From an uncultured virus (IMG/VR IMGVR_UViG_3300017785_009958) (taxonomy: Duplodnaviria > Heunggongvirae > Uroviricota > Caudoviricetes): DNA of 64,000 nt. The stretch is from the IMG/VR virus record IMGVR_UViG_3300017785_009958; one strand, given 5' to 3'. Numbering within the stretch: the first letter of the stretch is position 1; the number at the start of each line of letters is the position of its first letter. The notes beneath the pieces are model-generated. The model saw only the letters and a list, made by a program, of their open reading frames with translations, did not search any database and was not told the origin of the DNA. The translations under genes and the position numbers were made by a program. Below are positions 10,486 to 19,770 of this stretch, in pieces.

Positions 10486-11078
10486 TCTGTAGTGTTGTAA
10501 TTATCATCTGCAGGTTCAACGTATATATGCGCGCCAGATGCAATATCCGGGTCAAGCATAAGATCGGTATACACTTTATCGCGATATTCATTTAATACTT
10601 CATGATGCTTATTTTCTTTTTTAATACGGTTAATGAAGGCATGAAATGCAATAGTAGTAAAATATGAAAAGGGGCTAAACCCTGTATCAAGTTTAAATTT
10701 TTGATTGCGCAATGCTGAGAACATCTTAACGATTGCATCTCCGATCATATCGTCTTTGTAAGAATAGTTGATAAAATTAGGTGCATAGGATAATCCGTTA
10801 GCAATTTTAGTTAAGCTCTCTCCAAGTTTTTGTGTCACAAAACCAGACTTATAATATGCACGTATCTCTTCTTCAAACTCTTTACCGTTTACATAATGTA
10901 CTTTTTCTTTTGGTTTAAGTTTTCTTCCCGTAGGTGTAACTGTTGGCGGTAAAACAACACCTTTAGAAATAATATTCTTGAGCTCCGGATCGCTCTCAAT
11001 TATTTCCTCTTTTGAAGGTTTAACCTTCTTAGATTTCATTAATTCTTTTGATGGAGTATTTAATTTTTTCTTTTTCAT
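10482..11078 (-). CDS. gp55: Late-transcription sigma factor (gp55); true start may be 11039
   Basis: HYVNGKEF, KIANGLSY.PNFINYSYKDDMIGD, PFSYFTTIAFHAFINRIKKE. Confidence 0.93.
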   Translation of the reverse strand: MKKKKLNTPSKELMKSKKVKPSKEEIIESDPELKNIISKGVVLPPTVTPTGRKLKPKEKVHYVNGKEFEEEIRAYYKSGFVTQKLGESLTKIANGLSYAPNFINYSYKDDMIGDAIVKMFSALRNQKFKLDTGFSPFSYFTTIAFHAFINRIKKENKHHEVLNEYRDKVYTDLMLDPDIASGAHIYVEPADDNYNTTE

Positions 11079-12486
11079 AAAGTGCGCGACGTTTTTCCAT
11101 ATGAGCTAGGCTATATTTGAAATTATCTGCAATGTCGAATATTATAAGCTTATCTTTATCCTTATGCAAGCGAAGACCTCTTCCAATCGATTGAACTATC
11201 TTAATTTTCGCTTTTCCGCCGCATGCAAAAACAATATAATGTAGGTTTTTAATATTAATACCAGTAGAAAATATTTTTGAAATAGCGACAACGACAATGT
11301 CAGTTCTTTTCTCCATAAGCTGTCTAATTTCATCTCTCTCAGCTACTTCGACTTCACCGCGTATAAAATAGCACTGTTTTTCCGGGCATTGTTCTTTTAT
11401 TGCTTTGTATAATAATTCTCCATGCTCAATGTAATCAACCAGAATTAGGGAATTATTTGTAAGCTTGCAAACAATTTTGCTTATAACATTATTTCTAAAC
11501 CCGCTTCTCATTAAAAATCTTTGCTCTTCGCGATAAAGATTTGACGACGATATTACGACATCTTTAAACGGGTCTTCATTATAATTTAGTTCTATGATTT
11601 GCACCTGCACGCTACTTACATAACTTTCTAATCGAAGTTCATAGCTGTTCTTTTCATATATTACAGGGCCGATTTTACCTATAATATTCCACTGATCCAT
11701 TAAGCCCTCAGGCATTGTACCGGTAAAACCAAATCTAAAAGGTGTTTTTATTTTTTTAAGAATTTTGTTTACTTCATTGCCTTTGCGTATTTTATGTACT
11801 TCGTCAACTATTAAGACATCAATTGTTTCAAGCCAAGATAAATCTGTATTCTTGCTTTGTAAGATACCTAAATTTGCTATAGTAACGTTGGCTTCGTTTT
11901 TTAATTCATAACTGCCTGTCCACTTTCTAACAGAAAATGGAACGTTATATGATGAAAAATCTGAAGACGTCTGTTCTACTAGTCCTAAATCCGGTACAAT
12001 ATATAAACAATTAAATTTTGATCCATATAAAAGAAATAATTTTGTAAGTAAAGAAGCAGCAGTAAGTGTCTTTCCGCCTGCTGTAGCAAGTATGATTGTA
12101 CCGCGGCCGATTGATAAAGCTTTTTTAACAATTTCTTCTTGATAATCTCTCAATGGTAGTTTAAGAGGTATCGGGTCGTATGAAAATCTTGTATCAGATT
12201 GAAGGTTTTTAACAGGCATAATAATCTCAAGAAGAGATTCATCTGTCTTTACTTCTCCGACATATTGATTGTTATTGAGATATTTTCTTATTTCAAAGTA
12301 AAGGCCTGGGTCAAATCTGCCTGTTGGTGTTATTGCATAAGTTCTTTGCGGTAAAAATCTTCCGTATCTTTTTCTCATAAAAAAAGCAGCTTCATTTTTA
12401 ACAGAAAATGCTTCTCTTATTTCTTCAAATTTATCACCAGAAATAATACCGACCCCTTTATTAGAGTCAAAAGAAAAATTAATCAT
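11029..12486 (-). CDS. uvsW: UvsW SF2 DNA helicase
   Basis: LRDYQ, ATAGGKT, DEVH, GFTGT, FSTGINIKNLH, QSIGRGLR. Confidence 0.94.
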   Translation of the reverse strand: MINFSFDSNKGVGIISGDKFEEIREAFSVKNEAAFFMRKRYGRFLPQRTYAITPTGRFDPGLYFEIRKYLNNNQYVGEVKTDESLLEIIMPVKNLQSDTRFSYDPIPLKLPLRDYQEEIVKKALSIGRGTIILATAGGKTLTAASLLTKLFLLYGSKFNCLYIVPDLGLVEQTSSDFSSYNVPFSVRKWTGSYELKNEANVTIANLGILQSKNTDLSWLETIDVLIVDEVHKIRKGNEVNKILKKIKTPFRFGFTGTMPEGLMDQWNIIGKIGPVIYEKNSYELRLESYVSSVQVQIIELNYNEDPFKDVVISSSNLYREEQRFLMRSGFRNNVISKIVCKLTNNSLILVDYIEHGELLYKAIKEQCPEKQCYFIRGEVEVAERDEIRQLMEKRTDIVVVAISKIFSTGINIKNLHYIVFACGGKAKIKIVQSIGRGLRLHKDKDKLIIFDIADNFKYSLAHMEKRRALYEKEKIKYSIKRINEI

Positions 12487-12875
12487 GTTGTCTCTAGCTT
12501 AATAATATCAACAAGATTTTTTATATCATAAGATGTCGAGCTCAACGTTTTTTCTGACTTTTCTAGTAGCTCAATGATAAGCTCTAACTCTTTTATTTGT
12601 GTATCAATCCCAATTACTTCACTATGCTTATCTGCAGTACGCTCAACAACTGGTGTAGCTAATTTTACCGGGCTTTGTTCTTGTATTTTATCAACTAATG
12701 TACGTTTTAATAGCTCGCGCTTCTTACGTAACTCATTGATTTGTAATTTATGTCTAATGCATCTACCGGCCCATTTATGCTTAATACCAGGTAGTTTTAA
12801 CTGATAATCTTTGAGAATAAGCTCGTCTATTTTTAAGTCGTTTTCTAGTTCTTTTATGTAATCTTCTAGTAGCAT
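12483..12875 (-). CDS. uvsY: UvsY recombination mediator (start re-called at 12875)
   Basis: 130-aa helical protein directly upstream of uvsW with DLKIDE...LP..KHKW and YDIKNLVD; TTGATT-N16-TATTAT ends 8 nt before ATG 12875. Confidence 0.75.
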   Translation of the reverse strand: MLLEDYIKELENDLKIDELILKDYQLKLPGIKHKWAGRCIRHKLQINELRKKRELLKRTLVDKIQEQSPVKLATPVVERTADKHSEVIGIDTQIKELELIIELLEKSEKTLSSTSYDIKNLVDIIKLETT

Positions 12876-12901
12876 TAACTTAAATAATAGTATACATCTA
12901 T

Positions 12902-13162
12902 ATGAAATCAATAGGTTTATTCGAATCAAAGTTTTGCAAACTTCTTGAAGAAGATAATGTTGCAGGTGGTGTCGGTAGTGCTTTTGGTACCGGTACTTTA
13001 GCCCCTGTAGGTGATTTTGGAAATCAATTTCCATCACAAAATGATGATGCTTACGCGCCAGGTGATGCTAGAGTTCCAAAAATATTAGGCGCTAAAAAGA
13101 AAAAAAAGAAAAAAGATAAGTTCTTAATCCAACGTCGCCCGCTTCCAGGCCTTAGCCTTTAA
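12902..13162 (+). CDS. Small late protein carrying a copy of the major capsid N-arm plus a poly-Lys tail
   Basis: FGNQFPSQNDDAYAPGDARVPKIL matches gp23 FGNQFPSQNDSAYAPNDSRLPKIL; KLLEE leader; KKKKKKK; TAAATA at 12881-12886. Confidence 0.8.
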   Translation: MKSIGLFESKFCKLLEEDNVAGGVGSAFGTGTLAPVGDFGNQFPSQNDDAYAPGDARVPKILGAKKKKKKKDKFLIQRRPLPGLSL

Positions 13163-13184
13163 TAGACAAGAAGCTAAATAAAGT

Positions 13185-13598
13185 ATGGATCTCGGTCATT
13201 GGCTACTTTCAGAAGGTATTCTTTTAAATGAAAATACGTTTGGCTTTATTTATGAAATAACAAATACAGTTACAAGTAAAAAGTATATTGGTAAAAAGCA
13301 GTGTAAATCAAAATTAAAAAGAAAACCATTGAAAGGCAAGAAGAATAAACGTATTGAAATAAAGGAATCAGATTGGAAGGAATATACCAGTTCATCTAAT
13401 GAACTAAATGAAGACATAAGGAAATACGGTAAAGATAAATTCATATTTAAAATTTTACGTGCATGTGGGTCCAAATGGGAATTAGCTTATTATGAAATAA
13501 GAGAACAACTAGAAAAAAACGTTCTACTAAGAGATGACTACTATAATGGTATTATTAATGTACGTATCGGACGTCCACCAAAAAGTTTTCTTGATTAG
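13185..13598 (+). CDS. GIY-YIG-like nuclease domain protein
   Basis: FGFIYEITN...KKYIGKK...SDWKEY.SS...E...YYN; late TAAATA 4 nt upstream. Confidence 0.7.
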   Translation: MDLGHWLLSEGILLNENTFGFIYEITNTVTSKKYIGKKQCKSKLKRKPLKGKKNKRIEIKESDWKEYTSSSNELNEDIRKYGKDKFIFKILRACGSKWELAYYEIREQLEKNVLLRDDYYNGIINVRIGRPPKSFLD

Positions 13599-13624
13599 TT
13601 TGTCTCTTTCATACATAATGTAGC

Positions 13625-14188
13625 ATGCTCAAAAAACTTGAGTTTAAGCAATATAATTTTCGCATAGTCGACTTTAATTCTATTTTTATTAAAAAAATTG
13701 AAGTTGATCTAATTAACGATTTGTATCGGTTTGAGCTATTTAAGAATAGAATAACATCACATGCAAAAAAGTTTTTTTATCACCATATAATTTTTGGTTT
13801 ATGCGAGTTTTTATTACATGAAAGGGCGAAAGAAAAAACTATTATATATTTTAACAATACACAAATGTCGGATTTAGAGCTCTTTAAGTATTTCAAAGAG
13901 GATGAAGTGCGAGATGTAGTAGAGCAAATAATACGAAGAATAAAAATATTACTGCCTATTAGAGTCTTTATTACAAATATTTCTTATGATTTTCTTCAAC
14001 ATCTTATAGATAAAAAAGATGGTAGAAGTGTGGAGGTTATAAACAATCTTAAAGCATATATGGATAGTGTTAATCATGAAAAGTATACGTTTAGTAGAGT
14101 TTTAACATTTACGAAGCGTAATGATCTGGTATTTTTAAGTAAAGAGTATTTTGATAAGCTTAGAGCAAAACAACTTATAATTGTTTAA
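13625..14188 (+). CDS. Hypothetical protein
   Basis: 187-aa ORF preceded by TTGATT-N17-CATAAT 5 nt before the ATG. Confidence 0.6.
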   Translation: MLKKLEFKQYNFRIVDFNSIFIKKIEVDLINDLYRFELFKNRITSHAKKFFYHHIIFGLCEFLLHERAKEKTIIYFNNTQMSDLELFKYFKEDEVRDVVEQIIRRIKILLPIRVFITNISYDFLQHLIDKKDGRSVEVINNLKAYMDSVNHEKYTFSRVLTFTKRNDLVFLSKEYFDKLRAKQLIIV

Positions 14189-14204
14189 AACAATAAATAA
14201 TATT

Positions 14205-14645
14205 ATGACCTTTAACGATCGTTTGACAAAATATAAATCTCTTCTTAATGAACAAGAACCAGCTCCGCAAGATGCAGCTGCTCCTGCGCCGCAAGCAGAG
14301 CAACCTTCGGCACTACCTGCAAAAGCTGCACCAATGGCTGTTCCACCCGAGGGATATGTAGATATGGTAAGGTTACTTGCTAAAGCTTTAGTAATGAATG
14401 TACCTGCTGGTTCAATTGATACGTTATTTACTAAGCCTATAACACAAGAAAATGCAATTGAAATGAGAGAGCAAATTGAGAATGCTATTTCAACAAACGA
14501 GAGCGCAGGTGATAATGATATAAGAATAACAAATCCTAACGTTGAGAAATTTGTTAATTCGATTAATGAGAATAATTTTATGGCGAAATATAAGCAAATT
14601 CTCGCTATGATGAAGAATTACAGTAACGATCCAAGCTTAAGTTAA
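14205..14645 (+). CDS. Hypothetical late protein with internal-protein-like leader (start re-called at 14205)
   Basis: TAAATA 14194-14199, 5 nt before ATG; MTFNDRLTKYKSLLNE leader; Ala/Pro-rich linker. Confidence 0.65.
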   Translation: MTFNDRLTKYKSLLNEQEPAPQDAAAPAPQAEQPSALPAKAAPMAVPPEGYVDMVRLLAKALVMNVPAGSIDTLFTKPITQENAIEMREQIENAISTNESAGDNDIRITNPNVEKFVNSINENNFMAKYKQILAMMKNYSNDPSLS

Positions 14646-14650
14646 AAAAT

Positions 14651-15820
14651 ATGGATAGTCAAAAGAAATACAGACCTCTAGATGAGGTTTATTTAGCTGA
14701 ATCTTTTGCAAAGCATGTCCCGCTGCCGCCAAGATCAAAAATAATATTACACGAAACAGGTACAGTACTCGTTCAAAAAGATCCGCCACAAGGTGAAGTG
14801 GAAGAATACAATGTAGGTGATGAGAAATTAAAAAAAGTTAAAAATATACTGGCAAAATCTGAAGAAAGAGAAGCGGGTATTGTGGATCTTATTAATAAAC
14901 TCAATATTCCTCCTGCTCATTCTAAGATAATTGCGGAAAGAATATTCGAATCTGAAAATCAAGAGCAAATTATTACTTATATAAACAATAGAGATATACG
15001 TATTGAAGATTTAGATGGTAAGAATATTATTGACATTTATACACAGAAAATAATAGATAGAGCTTTTGTTGAATGGCTTTTAGGGTATGAATGGGCAGCT
15101 ACTCCAAATGTAGGCGCAGGAGAAGCATTTATCTCTATAATGGTTGCAGGTGCGAGAAAAACTAGCAGTAAAGAAAAGGGTGACGTTAAAATTGGTGAAG
15201 AAGAGTTAGAAGTTAAAGGCGATGGTGCACGCTTAAGAGGTCAAAAAGGATTTGGTTCTGGTATAGAGGTAGGTAATTTATGGTCAACATTGTTAAACGA
15301 TAAGGCTAAACAATACAATCTAACTCTCAATATACCTGAAGGTGGTAGTAATTTTTATAATTTGGTTAAAAATGGTTATGCATTTGATACTATAGGTCAG
15401 CAAATTATTGCAAATTCACAAGGTGGTTTTACTTTAAAAGACTTATTACAAGGCTGGAAAGACGGACTTCGAAAATTGTATCTTAATTCAAGTATACAGG
15501 ATTATGATTTTATCGATTCGAGCTATGAAAACGGTATACTTAATAAGGTTAAATTTAATAACGGATTAGCGTTATTTTCGCTCAACTTTTACTTTAACGT
15601 CGAACAAATAGAGAAATTATTACTTGGTAAATTTAAAATCGCTCAGGCTGCAAGAGAAAAAACTAAGACACTCGAGTATAAGCGCTACGGCTCTGCAGTT
15701 GTAATTACACGGCAAGACATAGCTTCCGGAAACGTACTTAATAAAGCATCATATACACTACCGAGCTTTGGTGCAACGGCAGGTGTACAGGGTGGTTCAA
15801 CAGCATTACATATAAGATGA
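14651..15820 (+). CDS. Hypothetical protein with possible PD-(D/E)xK nuclease core
   Basis: VGAGEAF...KGDVKIGEEELEVKG resembles the E..D..ExK restriction-endonuclease motif. Confidence 0.45.
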   Translation: MDSQKKYRPLDEVYLAESFAKHVPLPPRSKIILHETGTVLVQKDPPQGEVEEYNVGDEKLKKVKNILAKSEEREAGIVDLINKLNIPPAHSKIIAERIFESENQEQIITYINNRDIRIEDLDGKNIIDIYTQKIIDRAFVEWLLGYEWAATPNVGAGEAFISIMVAGARKTSSKEKGDVKIGEEELEVKGDGARLRGQKGFGSGIEVGNLWSTLLNDKAKQYNLTLNIPEGGSNFYNLVKNGYAFDTIGQQIIANSQGGFTLKDLLQGWKDGLRKLYLNSSIQDYDFIDSSYENGILNKVKFNNGLALFSLNFYFNVEQIEKLLLGKFKIAQAAREKTKTLEYKRYGSAVVITRQDIASGNVLNKASYTLPSFGATAGVQGGSTALHIR

Positions 15821-17037
15821 TAACGTTTAAACAATTTCTTCTCGAGGGTGGAGTAGCTGGTCATATGGCCCATCCTTATGACCTTCCTAGTGTTAATACA
15901 GGAAGAGATCTTATTAACATTTTTAATAAGATAGCTACTAGCTTAGTTAAAAAGCCTTCAGTAGTAAAAATAGATGGTGTAAATGCCTCTATTAAGCTTA
16001 TTACAAATAAAGAGGGTAATAAAGAGTTTGCTATGGATAGAGGTTCAAATAAGCTAGAAGATGTAGAAGGTGTTACTATCGATAAGCTCAGCTCACGCTT
16101 TCCAGAAGGTCATGGTATGAGAGAAACAGGTAAAGTTGTATTAGAAATTTTTAATCAAGCTTTGACGTCAATAGAAAAAGAGCTTATACAATTAAAGATG
16201 TGGGATAATAATCGCATTCTCTTTAATATGGAATTTGTTAAAGGCGCAACTAACGTAGTTGGGTATGCAAATAACTTTCTTGCTATTCATGGATTAAATG
16301 AAATAGTTGAAGTTAAAAGCCCTGTTCGGGGAAGTATGAGTCGCGCATCGCGTGAAATACCTTACGATAGAAAAGCTTTACAATCATTAATAGAGAAAGT
16401 TAAGCCAATTGCTGAAAAATATAATTTTGATGTGGTGAATGAGTTTATTGTTACACTAGCAAATAAGATTGATTTTAATCCAGAATTAAATTCAAAATTT
16501 TCTGTAAGTTACGATTCGCGTAATATACAAACAAAACCTTTAAAAGATTGGCTTAGTAAAGCAAAGAATCCTCGTGCTGATAAGATTAAACTCGCATCAG
16601 GAAAATCTATTAGTGCAGTTAGTTTAGAAAATTATAAGAACATGTCTGCTGGTGTACCTTTAGATCATTATCTTGGTAAGAATACAAAAGATTATCAAAA
16701 AGCAATTGATGGTGCAGTATTAATACACACAACCATTTTAATGGGTCAAAAGATAAAAGATACTGCAACATCGGAATTAGGTAATGTAGGTACACAAGAG
16801 GGTATTGTTATAAGAGATTCAAGTATATCTGTTAATCCACTGAAAATAACGGGTAACTTCTTTACAGGTAAAGAAGCAGGACGTATTAAACAGCTTAAAA
16901 CGCAAGAAGAAGAGGAAGGTATAAGGGGACAGCTTTCAAATACTAATAAAGTATTAAATTATAAAAACTATCAAACTAACCCACCTTATGGAAAAGAAGG
17001 TGCACGGTTAACGTTAACACCGGGAATGAGTCTATGA
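15817..17037 (+). CDS. RNA/DNA-ligase-fold nucleotidyltransferase-like protein (possibly DUF6267-like) with internal-protein leader
   Basis: Motif I VKIDG, NMEFV, motif IV EGIVIR, motif V LKI; N-terminus MITFKQFLLE then GHMAHPYD. Confidence 0.6.
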   Translation: MITFKQFLLEGGVAGHMAHPYDLPSVNTGRDLINIFNKIATSLVKKPSVVKIDGVNASIKLITNKEGNKEFAMDRGSNKLEDVEGVTIDKLSSRFPEGHGMRETGKVVLEIFNQALTSIEKELIQLKMWDNNRILFNMEFVKGATNVVGYANNFLAIHGLNEIVEVKSPVRGSMSRASREIPYDRKALQSLIEKVKPIAEKYNFDVVNEFIVTLANKIDFNPELNSKFSVSYDSRNIQTKPLKDWLSKAKNPRADKIKLASGKSISAVSLENYKNMSAGVPLDHYLGKNTKDYQKAIDGAVLIHTTILMGQKIKDTATSELGNVGTQEGIVIRDSSISVNPLKITGNFFTGKEAGRIKQLKTQEEEEGIRGQLSNTNKVLNYKNYQTNPPYGKEGARLTLTPGMSL

Positions 17038-17687
17038 AGTTTGATGCATTAGTAGAGCAGATATTACAGCCACAGAAGAATAATCTTATTGTTATTTTTT
17101 CTGGACGGTTTCAACCTTTCCACGTTGGTCATAAAAAACTTTATGATGCTGCTAAGCAAAAATTTCCGGGTGCCGACTTTTATATAGCCACAGCAGATAC
17201 GATAGAAAATAGCGCTAAAGAGCCTGATCGTTATCCTTTTAATTTTATAGAAAAAAAAGAAATTATCAAAGCTACGGGTATACCAGAGAATGAAATAATG
17301 CTTACAAAGCAGCCTTATAAGCCAATTGAGATATTAAAAAATTATGATCAAAATGTTGCAAAAGTAATTTATATTGTAGGCGAGAAAGATATGAAAGAAG
17401 ATCCAAGATTTTCTTTTAAACCGAAAAAAGATGGTTCTGCTCCCTACTTTCAACCGTTTAAAAGTTTAAATGAGCTAGAACCCTTTAAAGAACAAGGCGG
17501 TCATGGTTATATCTATGCACCAGGTACAATACAGTTTAATCTCGGCGGTAAGAATATTACTAGTGCAACAGAGCTGAGAAATATGTATAAAGCAGCTGAT
17601 GAAGCGACAAAGAAGCAATACGTAAAAGACGTCTTAGGTAAATTTGATCAAAAAGTTTACAATCTGTTTAACGCAAAATTGCGTTAG
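17034..17687 (+). CDS. HIGH-family nucleotidyltransferase (cytidylyltransferase/NMNAT-like)
   Basis: FSGRFQPFHVGH, VGEKD, TSATELR; start overlaps stop of upstream gene (ATGA). Confidence 0.85.
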   Translation: MKFDALVEQILQPQKNNLIVIFSGRFQPFHVGHKKLYDAAKQKFPGADFYIATADTIENSAKEPDRYPFNFIEKKEIIKATGIPENEIMLTKQPYKPIEILKNYDQNVAKVIYIVGEKDMKEDPRFSFKPKKDGSAPYFQPFKSLNELEPFKEQGGHGYIYAPGTIQFNLGGKNITSATELRNMYKAADEATKKQYVKDVLGKFDQKVYNLFNAKLR

Positions 17688-18265
17688 TTTTTATTCTCAA
17701 GTAAAACGATTGTTTCAAGTAATACTTTTTCGAGTGTTTCTCTCGATTCTTTTCTCAATACTGTCCTTAGCTGGCTTACTAATGAATCACCGCCATTTGC
17801 AATTGCTTTATAAAGATCTTCTTCGTTATTTTCTTCAACACCCATCATTTCCATCTGACTACGCGCTGCTTCATAATCCTTATAATCAAAAACTGATTCA
17901 AGATCATCATGTGCATTAGTAAGCTTGCTCAGCACCCAAGCTTCAACATTACCACCCTTACGTATAATATCGTGAAGCATTGCTGAAAGTTTAAAAATTC
18001 TAAATAATAACTGCTTGGACATATACTCATTCTTCTCTGTCTCTTCCATTCCGTCTTGTGGTTTCATTCCACCGACAATACCACCGCAATCTTCACAGTC
18101 TTCATTCTTACTGCCACATTTTCTTACAGGTGCTTTAAAGCTTTGTATCTTAGAAGGGGTGGGGGTTACGCTTTGATTATCAGCTTCCGGACCAAGACCA
18201 AGATTTTCTTTGACGATCTTTTGGTTGTAAATTTCGTTTAAGAGATGAAAGTCCTTATGGAACAT
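17684..18265 (-). CDS. Hypothetical late protein
   Basis: TAAATA 5 nt upstream (18271-18276); KDFHLLNEIY leader; EAWVLSKLT segment. Confidence 0.6.
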   Translation of the reverse strand: MFHKDFHLLNEIYNQKIVKENLGLGPEADNQSVTPTPSKIQSFKAPVRKCGSKNEDCEDCGGIVGGMKPQDGMEETEKNEYMSKQLLFRIFKLSAMLHDIIRKGGNVEAWVLSKLTNAHDDLESVFDYKDYEAARSQMEMMGVEENNEEDLYKAIANGGDSLVSQLRTVLRKESRETLEKVLLETIVLLENKN

Positions 18266-18407
18266 ATAATTATTTATTCAAATTCGATAGAATTATTATC
18301 ATTAAAAGAGTAAAATATCATCTTAAAATACAACTGTTTAACAAGTTTTTAAACGACTTTTACAAGATTTTAAAATTAAAAACGTTTAATAATCAATAAA
18401 TAATACT

Positions 18408-18815
18408 ATGGAAGTGTTTAAAGAATTTTACAATAAGCCTGTACTCGGTATTGATGAAGTTATAGATGTCGAGGGGTTAGGCAAGGTAAGAGCAAAAGTC
18501 GATAGTGGCAATGAAGCTTACAATGTTATTCATGGTCTAGATATTTCACAAGAAGGTGAAAACGTCTCTTTTACAACTGTAGGTGGAAAAAGAATGACAG
18601 CACCCAGGGATGGTGAAATAAAGATTCATATTGGCAGCGGTGTTAAAGAAGACAGACCCACAGTTAAGCTTAATATAAAAATTGGCGATAAGGCTTATAA
18701 AGGTGTAACGTTTAGTATTGCAGATCGATCTGAGAATCAAGATCCAATCTTGGTCGGTGAACCTTTTCTTAAACAATTGAATGCAGTGATTGATGTGAAC
18801 AAGGAAGCAAAATAA
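18408..18815 (+). CDS. Retropepsin-like protease (RimK-associated 'ATP-dependent Zn protease' family)
   Basis: AKVDSGN catalytic motif, RPTVKL, F.IADRS, PILVG; late TAAATA 5 nt upstream. Confidence 0.75.
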   Translation: MEVFKEFYNKPVLGIDEVIDVEGLGKVRAKVDSGNEAYNVIHGLDISQEGENVSFTTVGGKRMTAPRDGEIKIHIGSGVKEDRPTVKLNIKIGDKAYKGVTFSIADRSENQDPILVGEPFLKQLNAVIDVNKEAK

Positions 18816-18816
18816 C

Positions 18817-19497
18817 ATGGCTGATGTGACCATTGATGCATTGACTGCAGGCACACCAAGCAGTACAGCTTCTATACCTTTTTCTGATGCAGGTGTCACA
18901 AAGAAAGTTGCACCCGGTCTTTTGTTGGCTGATGCAGGCAATGTGGGCATTGGCACAGTTAGCCCCACACAAAAATTAGATGTTGTTGGAGTTATAACTT
19001 CTGATTATTTATCTGTTAGAAAACAGAATGATGCAGGAGAAGGTGGTGAAATACAGCTACAGGGTTCAAATGGAAATGGTAGTATACAAATAGATAATTT
19101 AAATGGATTCTGTAGAATACATACATTAGCCTCAGGTAAGCAATTTCAAGTATTAGGTGGTGGCATACTTGCTCAGGGTGATATGTTCGTAAATACAAAT
19201 ACAGTACTCCACACAGGCAATGCTTTTGGATATGTTCAAACATGGCAAAATGTTACGGCAAGCAGAGCAGTAAGGACCAATTATTACAATACCACGGGGC
19301 GTCCCATAGTAGTAGCTGTGCAGTGTCCTAATAGTGGTTATCAAAATTTTCTGTATGTAAATGATGTCATGGTGGATGGAATTAATTTTTCAGGTCTTAT
19401 AAATGGCCAAGGATTTTCAGTGGGCATTGTACCACCTGATGGAAGATATTATGTTGACTCGCAAAGAGCGGCCCCACGCTGGAGTGAATTGAGGTAA
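18817..19497 (+). CDS. Short tail-fibre-like protein
   Basis: GNVGIGTVSPTQKLDVVG repeat unit; C-terminal QTWQNVTASR...YYNTTGRPI domain typical of tail-fibre tips. Confidence 0.7.
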   Translation: MADVTIDALTAGTPSSTASIPFSDAGVTKKVAPGLLLADAGNVGIGTVSPTQKLDVVGVITSDYLSVRKQNDAGEGGEIQLQGSNGNGSIQIDNLNGFCRIHTLASGKQFQVLGGGILAQGDMFVNTNTVLHTGNAFGYVQTWQNVTASRAVRTNYYNTTGRPIVVAVQCPNSGYQNFLYVNDVMVDGINFSGLINGQGFSVGIVPPDGRYYVDSQRAAPRWSELR

Positions 19498-19500
19498 TTT

Positions 19501-19770
19501 ATGTATTATAAAGATCCAAACAATGAAGTGCACTTTTTAGAAGATGTAAATTTTAAACATCTTCTTCCTGCAAATTCTGTTCCCATAACAAATGAACAGG
19601 CTGAAGCATTGAGAAATAATGCTGCTAGCAAGACACCCATAGATCCAAAAGAAGAAGCAAAGTATTATCTATATTCAACAGATTGGTACGTTACGCGTCT
19701 TATGGAAACAGGTAAAGCAATTCCAGAGGAAATACTTCTTAAGCGTAAACAAGCAAGAGAAAAAATTTAA
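19501..19770 (+). CDS. Tail-fibre assembly/chaperone-like small protein
   Basis: YL.STDWYV.R..ETG..IP......R..AR pattern; follows the fibre gene. Confidence 0.6.
   Translation: MYYKDPNNEVHFLEDVNFKHLLPANSVPITNEQAEALRNNAASKTPIDPKEEAKYYLYSTDWYVTRLMETGKAIPEEILLKRKQAREKI

Noticed and set aside
12876..13037. N-terminal 54 aa of the 184-aa ORF-track call for uvsY
   Set aside because: Overlaps the plus-strand 12902 gene; a promoter and ATG at 12875 give a typical UvsY length
13016..13087. gp23-like segment as a DGR repeat or recent gene-fragment duplication
   Set aside because: Differences are mostly synonymous and not adenine-specific, so the similarity is at protein level; kept as a protein-mimicry finding instead
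13185..13598. Mobile homing endonuclease
   Set aside because: Only the short catalytic-type domain is present with no DNA-binding extension, and it does not interrupt a gene; treated as a resident GIY-YIG-like protein
18277..18396. AT-rich gap between divergent late promoters as a replication origin
   Set aside because: No iterons or other distinctive structure; AT-richness alone is uninformative in this genome
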